Shown: piece by piece, positions 9,504 through 19,687 of the stretch
Layout of the letters: every line of letters starts with the position of its first letter
Numbering within the stretch: the stretch's first letter is position 1
Assembly (NCBI GenBank): GCA_027050205.1
Contig: JALUCS010000015.1
Span: 1 to 56,933 of the forward strand
Length of the DNA: 56,933 nucleotides
Source: a candidate division WOR-3 bacterium
Lineage (GTDB): Bacteria; Hydrothermota; Hydrothermia; LBFQ01
Direction of reading: 5' to 3'
The notes under the pieces: model-generated
Told to the model about the DNA's origin: nothing
The model's database searches: none
The model's input: only the letters and a program-made list of their open reading frames with translations
Position numbers and translations under genes: made by a program

Positions 9504-10546
9504 AAGCTGAAGGTCTTGACGGAGTAGAGGGCAAAGCCCCAGTTGGGGATACTATCGGTTAGGATGGTGCCGGCCGAAAAGCCCACGTAGTAGGTGTCCG
9601 TCCAGTTGAGGCGGAGGTGGAAGTCGGCCATGAGGGAGTTGTGCTTTATGTCCATAGCGACCGACTGGTAGGTCCCAAGGTCAAACATTGGGACGACCGT
9701 CCAGTCCTCGTTCAGGGAGTAGTTGAAGCCAAAGCGTAGGACCTCGGCGGAGGTGTTCTGGGGGTTGGTCCACGGGATGCCGGGCATATCGTAGGTCAGG
9801 GGGGTGGAGACGCCAAAGAAGGGGGAGCGGTCGGGGTCCAGATCCAGGCCTTGGGCGACTATACGATCAAATCCTTCCGTGAAGGAGTAGGACATAAGGC
9901 CTGCGAACCACATTCCGGGGCGGAGGAAGGCGTACAGGATGTATGCTCCCTCGTAGTCGGTGCTGTCCTTTTCCCCCGTAGCCTCTAAGGAGAAGGTGAG
10001 GAAGGGTACGTCCACGCCCGTGGAGATACCGATGTACCCCGTACGGAGGGTGTCGTAGGTATTATAGACGCCGTAAACGGTGAATCCGAAGTTCCCCAAG
10101 TCTACGGCCCCCCTTACCCCGGCTCCGAGGTTCCTGTCGACCCTATAGGCCAAGAGGTCTACCCATACGGACTTGCCGAAGAAGACGTCAAGGAAGGGGT
10201 TCCCGCCGATGTAGTCGCCGAAGAGGAGGCCGTTCTCCCAGTATATGGCCCCAAGGCCGAACTTTACGTCAAAGCCGTTGTCAAAGACCTTCTCAACGTA
10301 CAGCTCCTTCACTCCCACCGACCACAGTGGGGGATACTCGTTGAAGGATACGAGGGAGAACCTCCCGTAGAAACCCTCATCGTACTGCATCTGGAAGGCC
10401 AGATCCCCCCTATAGTACTGCCTCTCCTTTCCCCACCACACCCCCATAACACCCTCAAGGTTGTAGAACTTGGCTCGCTTCCCGCGCACCTCCTCAACGA
10501 TGCCGAAGTCGGCATCTCCGTTCTGTGCAAGGACTATCCACAGCAT
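9500..10546 (-). CDS. Hypothetical outer-membrane beta-barrel protein
   Basis: Aromatic/Gly-rich alternating strands, ELYVEK..F....G.G.I.W.NGLLFG segment, terminal YSVKTFSF (C-terminal Phe beta-signal). Confidence 0.65.
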   Translation of the reverse strand: MLWIVLAQNGDADFGIVEEVRGKRAKFYNLEGVMGVWWGKERQYYRGDLAFQMQYDEGFYGRFSLVSFNEYPPLWSVGVKELYVEKVFDNGFDVKFGLGAIYWENGLLFGDYIGGNPFLDVFFGKSVWVDLLAYRVDRNLGAGVRGAVDLGNFGFTVYGVYNTYDTLRTGYIGISTGVDVPFLTFSLEATGEKDSTDYEGAYILYAFLRPGMWFAGLMSYSFTEGFDRIVAQGLDLDPDRSPFFGVSTPLTYDMPGIPWTNPQNTSAEVLRFGFNYSLNEDWTVVPMFDLGTYQSVAMDIKHNSLMADFHLRLNWTDTYYVGFSAGTILTDSIPNWGFALYSVKTFSF

Positions 10547-10575
10547 AGACCAAATATTTTACGGTGGCACACAAT

Positions 10576-10604
10576 AAAAAGGCGGGGGCCTTCGGCCCCC
10601 GCCC
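10576..10604 (-). terminator. Rho-independent terminator of the OmpA gene
   Basis: Minus strand reads GGCGGGGGCCGAAGGCCCCCGCC followed by TTTTT. Confidence 0.9.
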
Positions 10605-10622
10605 ATCGTCGGGGAGTTCCCT

Positions 10623-13361
10623 CTACTTCTTCTCCCCGATGACCTTTATGACGACGCGACGGTTGAGCTGATGCTCGGCCTCCGTCTTGGCGTTCTTTAT
10701 CACGGGCCTGCTCTCGCCGTACCCCCTCGCGACGAGGCGATCGGGGGTGGCGCAGCCGTTCTCTATAAGCCACTGGCGGACGGCCTCCGCCCTGGCCTGG
10801 GATAGACGGAGGTTGTAGTCGGCGGGGCCGCGCTCGTCCGTATGCCCTTGGATTTCTATGACGACGGTGGGGTTCTCCTTGAGGAACTGGCATATCTGCT
10901 TCAGGGCCGGCTCGGCGTCAGGGCGGAGGGTAGCCTTGTTGAGGTCAAAGTAGATGTTCCGGAAGGTTATCTCGGTACCCTTCTTCACCAGCTCAAAGGT
11001 CACCTCCTTGGTACGACCCTTCTCAACTACGACGACCTTCTGCTGGGGGGCGTACTTGCCGGCCGTGACCTTTACGGTGTAGGTGCCGGTGGGGAGGTCC
11101 TTAACTGTTACGGTGCCGCTGGCGTCGGTGGTGAAGGGACCGACGTTCCCCTGTAGGAAGGTGATGGTGGCCCCGCTTATAGGTTTCTTGCTGTCCTTGT
11201 CTATAACGGTTATGAGGAGGGAGCCCTTGACGACCATAGGCTCAAGGGAGAAGTTCCTGACGTTGTCGCCCTTGGCTATCTTGATAACCTCGGCGGTCTC
11301 CTTGTATCCGGGGGCGGCCACCTTGACGGTCTTGGCCCCTACGGGTATGTTCTCAAGGCGGTAGAGACCGCTCTGGTCCGTCTGGGCGGAGCCTACCCCC
11401 TCAACCGAGACCACGGCCCCGGCTATGGGGTTGCCGGTCTCCTTGTCTATGACCTTGCCCAAGAGGGCGCCGACGTTCTTCTCAACGGGGGCGAGGGATA
11501 CGTTGAAGACGGTGGGGGAGCCGGCCTTGACGTTTACGATCTCCGTACGGGGGACGTAGCCAGCCTTGTTGAAGGAGACGGTGTAGGTGCCTTCGGGCAG
11601 GCTGTCAAACCGGAAGGCCCCCGTCTGGTCCGTAGTGTAGGTCTGGTTCTTCTCCTTGAGGATTATCTGGACGCCGGAGAGGGGAGCGCCCGTCTTGGCG
11701 TCGGTTATGACGCCCGTTATGGAGCCCATCTTAGGCTTCTCAACCTTCTGGACCTTCTTGGGCTGCTCCGCCTTGGCGAGGTAGGCGTCCTTGGTGACCG
11801 TACCGCCCTCAACGGCGACCACGGCCGTATAGCCCCTGTATCCGGGGGCGGTGAAAATGAGGGTGTAGGTACCGGGGAGGACGTTAGAGAACCTGTAGGC
11901 CCCATCGTCCTGGGTGATGACGGAGTCCCCGGTCTCCTTTATCAGGACCTTGGCCCCGCCTATGGGGGTGTTGCTCTCCTTGTCGTAGACTACGCCGATG
12001 ATGGCGTAGGTCTTGGCGGGGTTCAGCTCAAAGTTCTTTATGGCGGGCTTTCCGGCCTCAAGATGTACGACGGCGCTCTGGGGGGCGTACCCCTGGGCCT
12101 GCACCATCACCGTGTAGGACCCAGGCTCAAGGTTCTCAAACTTGTAGGCCCCGTCGTCGCCGGTTATCACGGATAAGTCCTTCTCCTTCAGTATGACCTT
12201 GGCCCCGCCTATCATCTTCTGGGTACGGGCGTCCATCACCACACCGGCTATGTAGGTGGGCTTGACCTTGGGCTTCTCCTTCTTGGGCTTCTTCTCGTAG
12301 GGAGGTACGAAGGTGTAGCTTAGGGCGAGCCAGGCTCCGAGCTGCGGGTTCCAAGTTACGAACCACCACTTCGGTAGGGTCATTTCGTTCATGTTGTGAT
12401 CCGCCGGGGCATCGGGATCGTACTTGATGTACTTGTCCAACTCCGGAGCGCCCTGCCTTTCCGCCCTTATCGTAGAGCCGTCGTACCACAGGAGCTTTTC
12501 TATGCCGAAGGACCAGATTATGCCGGTGCCGGTCTCTATGTTGAAGCCGCCAGTGAGGTAGAGGGGGGCGTCGCCGTACTTATCGTGGCCCTTCTTCCAA
12601 TCCTCAAGCATCACCTCAAAGAAGGGGTGGAAGGACTGGAGGTGGAAGAGGAGGGAGGAACCCATCAGGACGACGTCGTCCAAGCTATCGTTGGGGTTGC
12701 GTGGAGAGTACCCTACGTTTATGTTAAGCTCTATGTACTTGTTGTGAGGCAGGAAGGTGAAGAGGAAGCGGGCGTCCCAGCTCGGCCCTCCGTAAGTGAA
12801 GGTACGGAAGAGACCGCCCTTCTGGTACCAACCTCTGGAGTCGGAGACGTAGTTGTCGCGGGTGGTGTCCCTCTCGTGGGCTATCTGGATGTCAAAGAGG
12901 CGGGGGAAGGTATATACGAAGGACCCTCCTACGCTCACGGACATCTTCTCGCCGTGGAAGGGGAGCATTATCTTACCGCCGGCGTAGGCGTCTCCGGGGC
13001 CGTGGGAGTGGATGTTGTCGGCGTACTTCCTTCCGGTGTATGCCACCTTGTCCCACGCCTCAAAGAAGTAGGAGCCGCCTACGGCCAGCTCCAGGTACTT
13101 GAAGCCTATACCGAGACCGAACCTGTCCCTTAGGGAGTAGTTGCCGTCCTGGTACTGCTGGTTCCCGGACGAGATGTCCTCGTAGGTGACGTTGGAGTTG
13201 AAGAGGCCGTTAATACTGAAGAAGTTGAAGACGATACCGAAGTCGCCCTGGTAGGCCCCGTTGTAGTAGTTGGGGCCGAGTGCGTTTATGGTCCTCCGTC
13301 CCCCCTGAAGGGTGAAGTCGGAAGGACCGTAGCCTATAACGAGCAACGATAAGCCTAACAT
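10623..13361 (-). CDS. Large OmpA-family protein: N-terminal beta-barrel-like region, 5 carboxypeptidase-regulatory-like repeats, C-terminal OmpA peptidoglycan-binding domain
   Basis: Five G.V.D..T..PI.GA.V repeats, then IYFDLNKA...IQGHTD.RG...YNLRLSQARAEAV...NRRV. Start set at ATG 13361 (TATAAT 9 nt upstream). Confidence 0.9.
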   Translation of the reverse strand: MLGLSLLVIGYGPSDFTLQGGRRTINALGPNYYNGAYQGDFGIVFNFFSINGLFNSNVTYEDISSGNQQYQDGNYSLRDRFGLGIGFKYLELAVGGSYFFEAWDKVAYTGRKYADNIHSHGPGDAYAGGKIMLPFHGEKMSVSVGGSFVYTFPRLFDIQIAHERDTTRDNYVSDSRGWYQKGGLFRTFTYGGPSWDARFLFTFLPHNKYIELNINVGYSPRNPNDSLDDVVLMGSSLLFHLQSFHPFFEVMLEDWKKGHDKYGDAPLYLTGGFNIETGTGIIWSFGIEKLLWYDGSTIRAERQGAPELDKYIKYDPDAPADHNMNEMTLPKWWFVTWNPQLGAWLALSYTFVPPYEKKPKKEKPKVKPTYIAGVVMDARTQKMIGGAKVILKEKDLSVITGDDGAYKFENLEPGSYTVMVQAQGYAPQSAVVHLEAGKPAIKNFELNPAKTYAIIGVVYDKESNTPIGGAKVLIKETGDSVITQDDGAYRFSNVLPGTYTLIFTAPGYRGYTAVVAVEGGTVTKDAYLAKAEQPKKVQKVEKPKMGSITGVITDAKTGAPLSGVQIILKEKNQTYTTDQTGAFRFDSLPEGTYTVSFNKAGYVPRTEIVNVKAGSPTVFNVSLAPVEKNVGALLGKVIDKETGNPIAGAVVSVEGVGSAQTDQSGLYRLENIPVGAKTVKVAAPGYKETAEVIKIAKGDNVRNFSLEPMVVKGSLLITVIDKDSKKPISGATITFLQGNVGPFTTDASGTVTVKDLPTGTYTVKVTAGKYAPQQKVVVVEKGRTKEVTFELVKKGTEITFRNIYFDLNKATLRPDAEPALKQICQFLKENPTVVIEIQGHTDERGPADYNLRLSQARAEAVRQWLIENGCATPDRLVARGYGESRPVIKNAKTEAEHQLNRRVVIKVIGEKK

Positions 13362-13553
13362 AGTCAGAGTATTATACGGGTGCCTACCCCCAACTGACAA
13401 CCCTACCCCGGCGGTCCTACGGTTCCGCATCGCTCCGTAGTTTGAGGATTTGACATCTTGAGATGAAACGAAGAGGATGGGAAATATTTCTTTGTTCAAT
13501 AATTTTACAGTTATACTGGAATTTTTGTAAAATTTGTAATAAATTAAATCACG

Positions 13554-13577
13554 AACTATTGCAGAAACTATTGTAGA
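13554..13577. repeat. 12-bp tandem direct repeat in the AT-rich divergent promoter region
   Basis: AACTATTGCAGA followed by AACTATTGTAGA. Confidence 0.6.
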
Positions 13578-13731
13578 AAATTTTAATTTTTGTATAACAA
13601 ACTTCCCCAAAATCGGAGATTCCACAGTGCTTTACGTTGCCGGTGCGGGTTGGGCGTCAATTTATGAATTGTAAGGTCTAACGATACACCGAACGCACGA
13701 TGGTGCTTTTGGCACCTTTAAAATAATGACT

Positions 13732-14421
13732 ATGATTCAAAGGTTAGGTGCTGCCCTGTTGGTACTTATGGCTATGGCCGTAGCCGTCTTCTGGTACCGC
13801 TCTCCCCCTACGGTTCCCGTAGTCCTCTCCCTACTCCTCTTCCTGGTGACCGCTCTGTGGCTGTACAAAGCCCTGTACGAACTCGGTCTGGACAACGTGA
13901 GGGGGCAGTTCTACCTGACTATGGCGGTGGCCTTCCTCTTTCAAGGGATAGGTTTCGCTCTGACCCGCGTGAATAACACCGTAACCTTGGGGCTGGCTGG
14001 TATGCTAACCTACGTCTTAGCCCGCTTTTTCTTCTTTCTGGCAAACGTGCGGTATATAATACACTTCCAGTCCCTCGGCTACAGGCTCAACGCGAGGCGT
14101 GCGGCGATAGTTTTACTACTGACCATCCTCTTTTCCGCCATCGCCACCCTGATCCCCAACGTCGTCCCGATGCTCTTCGCCTTCTCGCCCTACTCCATCT
14201 TTATCCTTCTTGACGTTGGGATGGTCTTTATCGTGATATACAACCTCTTCCTCCTCTGGGGGAGCGAGATAGCGAAGAAGTGGGCCATAGGTTCCGTCGT
14301 CATCGTCTCCTTCCTCCTTGGGGACGCCTTCTTCATAGGGGGAGCGCCGTCCTCGGTTAGCATCTTCTTCTGGACCCTCGCCTCAACGCTTATGGGTATA
14401 ATAGCCACCATAAGGGGATAG
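13732..14421 (+). CDS. Hypothetical polytopic membrane protein (about 7-8 TM)
   Basis: Successive hydrophobic segments. TAAAAT lies 7 nt before ATG 13732. Ends 1 nt before asnB. Confidence 0.7.
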   Translation: MIQRLGAALLVLMAMAVAVFWYRSPPTVPVVLSLLLFLVTALWLYKALYELGLDNVRGQFYLTMAVAFLFQGIGFALTRVNNTVTLGLAGMLTYVLARFFFFLANVRYIIHFQSLGYRLNARRAAIVLLLTILFSAIATLIPNVVPMLFAFSPYSIFILLDVGMVFIVIYNLFLLWGSEIAKKWAIGSVVIVSFLLGDAFFIGGAPSSVSIFFWTLASTLMGIIATIRG

Positions 14422-14422
14422 G

Positions 14423-16174
14423 ATGTGCGGCATATTCGGTGAGGTAGGGGAGGACGGCGGGGAAGCACCCCTAAACCTACTCTCACACCGTGGACCGGAC
14501 GACTCCGACGTATGGCGCGGGCCAGGGGCGGTGTTCGGCCACTGCCGTCTGGCTATAATAGACATAGAGGGGGGAAAGCAGCCTTGGGCCGAGGGGGATA
14601 AGGCCCTGACTTACAACGGTGAGATATACAACTTCAGGGAGTTGAGGGAGGAGTTAGAGAGGGAAGGGGAGAGGTTCGTAAGCAGATCGGATACGGAGGT
14701 CCTGTTTCGTCTCCTTAGTAGGCACGGAGAAGGCGGTATTCCCAAGCTTGACGGAATGTTTGCCTTCGGATACTGGGATGGACGGAGGCTCATCCTCGCC
14801 CGCGATAGGTTCGGCGTAAAGCCGCTGTACTGGACGCGAAAGGGAAGACGGTTGGCCTTTTCCTCGGAGGTAAAGGCCCTTTTGAACCTACCTTGGGTGG
14901 ATAAACGCCCCAACCTGCACTCCCTCCGCTTTCACCTCACCTTCCTTTGGACACCCTATCCCGAAACGGCCTTTGAGGGTATCCACAAACTCCCCCCCGG
15001 CCACGTCCTCGTATGGGAGGATGGGGAGGTGAGGGTCTTTCCGTACTATACGCCAACTTACGAAGTGGAGGATGGGGTCTCCCCATCCGAGGTCTTGGAT
15101 ACCCTTAGGAGGAGCGTTGAGGCCCAGATGGTGGCGGACGTGGAGGTGGGGCTGTTCTTGAGCGGTGGTATAGACTCCTCGGCCATAGCCGCCCTCGTCC
15201 CAGATAGGTTGAGGGCCTTCACCCTCCGCTTCAGACGGGAGGATATGAGGACGGAGATCTTCTCCCCCGAAGAGGAGTACGCCCGTATGGTCGCGGAGAG
15301 GTACGGCCACGACCTGGTACCGATAGAGGTGGCCTTCCGTCCGGAGACCTTCCGAAGGGTGGTGTGGCACCTTGAGGAACCTATAGGGGACGGGGCCGCC
15401 ATCTCCAACTTCCTGCTATCGGAGGGGGCGAGGAAGGAGGGCCTGAAGGTGGCCCTCGCCGGCACCGGAGGGGACGAGCTGTGGGGAGGTTATCCGAGGT
15501 ACAGGGCGCTCCTACTGTCCAAGATGTTACCGTTCCTACGTTTCCTGCCGGAGCCTCCCTTCTCGTCCGGTAGGCTGGGTAGGTTGGCCAGAGACATAAG
15601 GAAGTTCAAGGAGGCCGCCTCCCTACCCTTCCCGCTTCGGTACCTACGGTGGATGGGGTACTACGACCTCCCGGAAGTCTACGGGGAGATGTTAATGAGG
15701 TTCCCCCGCTTGGAGGACGAGCTGGCGTCGGCTATGCTCTTTGACATCCTCTACTTCCTGCCGGAACACAACCTCCTCTACACCGACAAGACCTCTATGG
15801 CCCACGGTCTGGAGGTGAGGGTACCCTTCCTGTCCAACGCCCTTCTGGCCCTATCCCTGCGGACGCCGACGAGGGAGAAGGTGAGCGTTAGGGAGGGTAA
15901 GAGGATACTCAAGAGGAGCCTTAAGGGAATACTCCCACCTCCCATACTGCAGAGGAAAAAAGCCGGTTTCGGCGCCCCCGTAAAGGGGTGGCTCTCCGGA
16001 CCGCTAAGGTCCCTCCTGCCCTCCGTCCTTAGGGATCCTCTCCTCCGGGAGCTCCTACCGATAGAAACCATCGCCGAGGTGGTCGGGGACATGGTGGAGG
16101 GGAAGGGATTCAAGTACCTTCAGGCCTTTGAGCTTCTAACCATCTCCACATGGAGGGAGGTCTTCGGGCTGTGA
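14423..16174 (+). CDS. asnB: Asparagine synthase (glutamine-hydrolysing) / AsnB-like amidotransferase
   Basis: MCGI N-terminus, HRGPD, YNGEIYNF, ARDRFGVKPLY, FLSGGIDSS, G.GGDEL.GGY, LEVRVPFL. Confidence 0.92.
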   Translation: MCGIFGEVGEDGGEAPLNLLSHRGPDDSDVWRGPGAVFGHCRLAIIDIEGGKQPWAEGDKALTYNGEIYNFRELREELEREGERFVSRSDTEVLFRLLSRHGEGGIPKLDGMFAFGYWDGRRLILARDRFGVKPLYWTRKGRRLAFSSEVKALLNLPWVDKRPNLHSLRFHLTFLWTPYPETAFEGIHKLPPGHVLVWEDGEVRVFPYYTPTYEVEDGVSPSEVLDTLRRSVEAQMVADVEVGLFLSGGIDSSAIAALVPDRLRAFTLRFRREDMRTEIFSPEEEYARMVAERYGHDLVPIEVAFRPETFRRVVWHLEEPIGDGAAISNFLLSEGARKEGLKVALAGTGGDELWGGYPRYRALLLSKMLPFLRFLPEPPFSSGRLGRLARDIRKFKEAASLPFPLRYLRWMGYYDLPEVYGEMLMRFPRLEDELASAMLFDILYFLPEHNLLYTDKTSMAHGLEVRVPFLSNALLALSLRTPTREKVSVREGKRILKRSLKGILPPPILQRKKAGFGAPVKGWLSGPLRSLLPSVLRDPLLRELLPIETIAEVVGDMVEGKGFKYLQAFELLTISTWREVFGL

Positions 16175-16261
16175 GGCGAGGTTGTAGCCATCATCCGGAT
16201 TCCGATGGGGTGCAATTGAAGAGTTCGGGTCTGCAACATATCCGTTCTCTGGAACCTGAAA

Positions 16262-16420
16262 GGGTATTACGCTGATAGGGGGATACGATGGGACATTGCT
16301 CCATCCGCATCTTCAAAAACTTAAAGCGAGGCTTTAAGAAACCGAAACTTACCTTTCAATAAACTGCAAATAGCACTTTAAGATCCTTGCATTCTCCATT
16401 AACGAATTTTGAACGGCGTC
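16262..16420 (+). repeat. Copy C of the dispersed degenerate intergenic repeat
   Basis: Starts GGGTATTACGCTGATAGG. Later CTTTCAA...CTTTAAG and TTTTGAACGG segments echo the other copies. Confidence 0.5.
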
Positions 16421-16632
16421 AAGTGATACGACCTACCCTTAGCACACGATACAGGAAATTTTACATCAACGTTGACCCAGATCCACCGTAGGTACCTTCC
16501 AAAAACCGGAATTGAACTTCAAAGATTTAGTAATCGCATTTATGGGAATCAGTAATCCGGATTCAAATTTTGGCACCGGTGATGTAGGGAGTTTCACCCT
16601 GATGGCCCCTCGGAGGTTGCATCCCAATAACG

Positions 16633-16657
16633 AAAAAAGGGGGCCTTCCGGCCCCCC
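16633..16657 (-). terminator. Rho-independent terminator of the pnt operon
   Basis: Minus strand reads GGGGGCC-GGAA-GGCCCCC followed by TTTTTT, about 20 nt after the pntB stop. Confidence 0.88.
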
Positions 16658-16677
16658 TTAACCTTTCAAAGTTCCCC

Positions 16678-18114
16678 TCACAGCTTCTTCAGGGCCTGGA
16701 CGAGGTCGCTCACGACCTTCTGGGCGTCCCCGAAGAGCATGTAGGTCTTGTCAAGGTAGAAGAGCGGGTTGTCTATCCCAGCGAAGCCACGCCCACGCCC
16801 ACGCTTGATGACGAAGACGTTCTTGGCCTTGTAGGCCTGGAGGATGGGCATCCCGTAGATGGGGCTGTTGGGATCCCACTCGGCCGACGGGTTCACGACG
16901 TCGTTGGCCCCGATGATGAGGGCAACGTCCGCCGTCTCAAACTCCGGGTTTATGTCCTCAAGGTCGTAGAGCTTGTCGTAGGGTATGTCGGCCTCGGCCA
17001 GAAGCACGTTCATGTGGCCCGGCATCCTTCCGGCGACGGGGTGGATGGCGAACTTAACCTCAACCCCCCTCTTCTCCAGCTCCTCCATCAGCTCCTTCAC
17101 CTTGTGCTGGGCCTGGGCGGCGGCCATACCGAAACCGGGTACGATTATGACCTTGTCGGCGAAGGCCAGTATGGAGGCGGCGTCGTCTATGCTCATCTCC
17201 TTCATTACCTTCTCCTCCTCCTCGCCGCCCTTCTGGACCTTACCGAAGGCTCCGAAGAGTATGTTGAAGAGGGAGCGGTTCATAGCGCGGGCCATCAGGA
17301 TGGTCAGGAGGGTACCGGAGGCTCCCACGATGGTACCGCTTATGATGAGGGTGTAGTTCTGGAGGGCGAAACCGTCAAAGGCGACGGCCAGACCGGTTAA
17401 GGCGTTGAACAGGGAGATAACCACGGGCATGTCCGCCCCACCTATGGGCAGGGTCATCAGGATACCGAGGAGCAACGGCAGGAGGATGAAGAGGTTGACG
17501 TTCAGGGCGGTGGGGTTGACTACGGAGAGGTAGCCGAGGACGAGGGAACCGAGGAAGAGGAGGGCGTTCACCAGCTGCTGGCCGGGGTAGGTTATGGGGC
17601 GGCTGCTTATCCACCTCTGGAGCTTGAGGAAGGCCCCGATGGAGCCGCTGAAGGACGTGGCACCTATGATGACGGCGGCGGCCGCCAGGACCTTAAGCGA
17701 GACCGGGCCGTGGCCGTGGAGGAGGTCAAGGTACCCGATAACGGCGGCGGCGCCTCCACCCATACCGTTGAAGAGGGCCACCATCTGGGGCATGTCCGTC
17801 ATGGGTACCTTCAGGGAGGAGTACCAGCCTATGGCCGTACCGATGAGGATCATCAGGACCATCAGGCCGAGCTTCAGGAAGAGCTGGGGGTCGTTGCTGC
17901 CGAGGAAGTAGATGTGTACGAAGGCGGTTATAACGGCGAGGAGCATGCCGAGGCCCGCCCAGTGGATGCCCTTACGGGCGGTGGCGGGGGAGGACATCAT
18001 CTTTATACCGAGGATGAAGAGCAGGATGGCGATGAAGTAAGCCGCCGTCGTCCCGTGAAGGAGGACGGGGTTCTGATTTGCCACCTCGGAAGATAGGAGG
18101 CTCCAGAGCATCAC
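16678..18114 (-). CDS. pntB: NAD(P) transhydrogenase beta subunit
   Basis: MPQMVALFNGMGG, IGGADMPVVIS, AIHPVAGRMPGHMNVLLAEA, GANDVVNP. Confidence 0.97.
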   Translation of the reverse strand: MMLWSLLSSEVANQNPVLLHGTTAAYFIAILLFILGIKMMSSPATARKGIHWAGLGMLLAVITAFVHIYFLGSNDPQLFLKLGLMVLMILIGTAIGWYSSLKVPMTDMPQMVALFNGMGGGAAAVIGYLDLLHGHGPVSLKVLAAAAVIIGATSFSGSIGAFLKLQRWISSRPITYPGQQLVNALLFLGSLVLGYLSVVNPTALNVNLFILLPLLLGILMTLPIGGADMPVVISLFNALTGLAVAFDGFALQNYTLIISGTIVGASGTLLTILMARAMNRSLFNILFGAFGKVQKGGEEEEKVMKEMSIDDAASILAFADKVIIVPGFGMAAAQAQHKVKELMEELEKRGVEVKFAIHPVAGRMPGHMNVLLAEADIPYDKLYDLEDINPEFETADVALIIGANDVVNPSAEWDPNSPIYGMPILQAYKAKNVFVIKRGRGRGFAGIDNPLFYLDKTYMLFGDAQKVVSDLVQALKKL

Positions 18115-18407
18115 TCCTTCCTCCTCTTCTTCTTCTCCTCAAACATAGCGAGCATGCGGTCCGTCACGACGTACCCACCGACCACGTTGAGCGCTCCGAG
18201 GAAGACCCCGAAGGTCCCCACGGCCAGCTCTAAGGGGGTGGTAGCCCTCATAAGGACGTACATCGCCCCCACTAAGACTATGCCGTGGATGAAGTTGGTC
18301 CCCGACATCAGCGGGGTGTGCAGGATCACCGGCACACGGGATATTATCTCAAACCCCGTGAAGGCCGCAAGCATGAAGATGTAAAGTGCTACCCAGACTT
18401 CAGGCAT
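18111..18407 (-). CDS. pntA: NAD(P) transhydrogenase alpha-2 (membrane) subunit
   Basis: LHTPLMSGTN and NVVGGYVVTDRML motifs. Confidence 0.95.
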   Translation of the reverse strand: MPEVWVALYIFMLAAFTGFEIISRVPVILHTPLMSGTNFIHGIVLVGAMYVLMRATTPLELAVGTFGVFLGALNVVGGYVVTDRMLAMFEEKKKRRKE

Positions 18408-18408
18408 C

Positions 18409-19518
18409 TTATACCTCCACCTTTATTTCGCCATTCAGGACCGCGAGCATCGGACCGACTATGGGGTCCTCCGGGTTTATCTGGAGGTTGCCCTCCTTGT
18501 CCACCAGCATCTCCAGGAGGTTGTAGATGTTCCGGGAGAACATCTGACTGGCGGGGATGGGCATCATGGAGGGGACGTTTACAGGGCCGTGGATGATTAC
18601 GCCGTTATGTACGACCGTCTCCCCCGCTTTGGTCAGCTCGCAGTTCCCACCGTTCTCCGCACCGAGGTCCACGATGACGGAGCCGGGCTTCATCCTCTCC
18701 ACCATGTCCTTGAAGATGATCTTCGGGGCGGGGCGTCCGGGTACGGCGGCCGTGGTAATGACGACGTCGGAGTCCCCTATGTTCTGGGCGAGGAACTCTC
18801 TCTGAATCTTCTTCTCCTCCTCCGTCAGCTCACGGGCGTACCCACCTTCACCCTCCGCCCACACGGGAGACTCAAGGAACTTCGCCCCCACGCTCTCGGC
18901 GTCCTTCTTAGCGGCGGGACGGATATCGTAGGCGTATATGCGGGCGCCAAGACGCTTGGCCGTGGCGAGGGCCTGAAGACCGGCCACCCCCACACCGATA
19001 ACCAACACGCGGGCGGGCTTGAGGGTCCCGGCGGCCGTGGTCATCATGGGGAAGAGGCGGGGGGCCAGATCTGCGGCCAGAAGGGCCACCTTGTACCCGG
19101 CTATGGTCGCCTGTGAGGAGAGGACATCCACGAACTGCGCCTTGGTCGTACGGGGTACCCTCTCAAGGGCTATGACGGTGGCCTTACGTCCGGCGAGGGC
19201 CTTTATCTTGTCCTTGTTCTTCCACCAGAACATCAGGCCTACGAGAACGGAGCCTTCGCGAAGGGCGGGGATGTCGCCCTCGTCGGGCGGCTGCACCTTA
19301 ACCACCACATCCGCCTTGGAAAGCACCTCCTTACGGTCCGAGAGGGTGGCTCCTGCCTCTTCGTACTCCTTATCGCTTATATAGGCACCCTCACCCGCTC
19401 CCCTCTCCACCATTACGTTGAACCCTTTCTTTACCAGCTTCTTCACCTCAAGGGGAACGAGGGCCACCCTCCGCTCGTTTTCTTGTGTCTCTTTCAGGAG
19501 ACCTACTGTAATGGCCAT
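18409..19518 (-). CDS. pntA: NAD(P) transhydrogenase alpha-1 (dI) subunit
   Basis: ERRVAL.P, DVLSSQATIAGYK, GVGVAGLQA, EGEGGYA. SD AAGGAGG and TACAAT upstream. Confidence 0.96.
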   Translation of the reverse strand: MAITVGLLKETQENERRVALVPLEVKKLVKKGFNVMVERGAGEGAYISDKEYEEAGATLSDRKEVLSKADVVVKVQPPDEGDIPALREGSVLVGLMFWWKNKDKIKALAGRKATVIALERVPRTTKAQFVDVLSSQATIAGYKVALLAADLAPRLFPMMTTAAGTLKPARVLVIGVGVAGLQALATAKRLGARIYAYDIRPAAKKDAESVGAKFLESPVWAEGEGGYARELTEEEKKIQREFLAQNIGDSDVVITTAAVPGRPAPKIIFKDMVERMKPGSVIVDLGAENGGNCELTKAGETVVHNGVIIHGPVNVPSMMPIPASQMFSRNIYNLLEMLVDKEGNLQINPEDPIVGPMLAVLNGEIKVEV

Positions 19519-19687
19519 ACTTTTCCTCCTTTAGCCGAGAATTGTACGGCGGGGCCACCCTCCGAGGACAGCCCGAATTGAAATTCCGTTCAAACGGACC
19601 CAAAAGGGCGTCCAGAGAGCCGTCCGCGGTCTGTAGGGCGGTTATGAAAAAGTTTGCCTAAAAGAGGAAGCCATCGCACCATTCACG

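Noticed and set aside
13362..13625. 88-aa N-terminal extension of the OmpA ORF
   Set aside because: It is AT-rich with non-host codons, and a TATAAT box fixes the start at 13361.
13440..13720. oriC candidate
   Set aside because: Only one mismatched DnaA-box-like 9-mer, and no dnaA/dnaN nearby.
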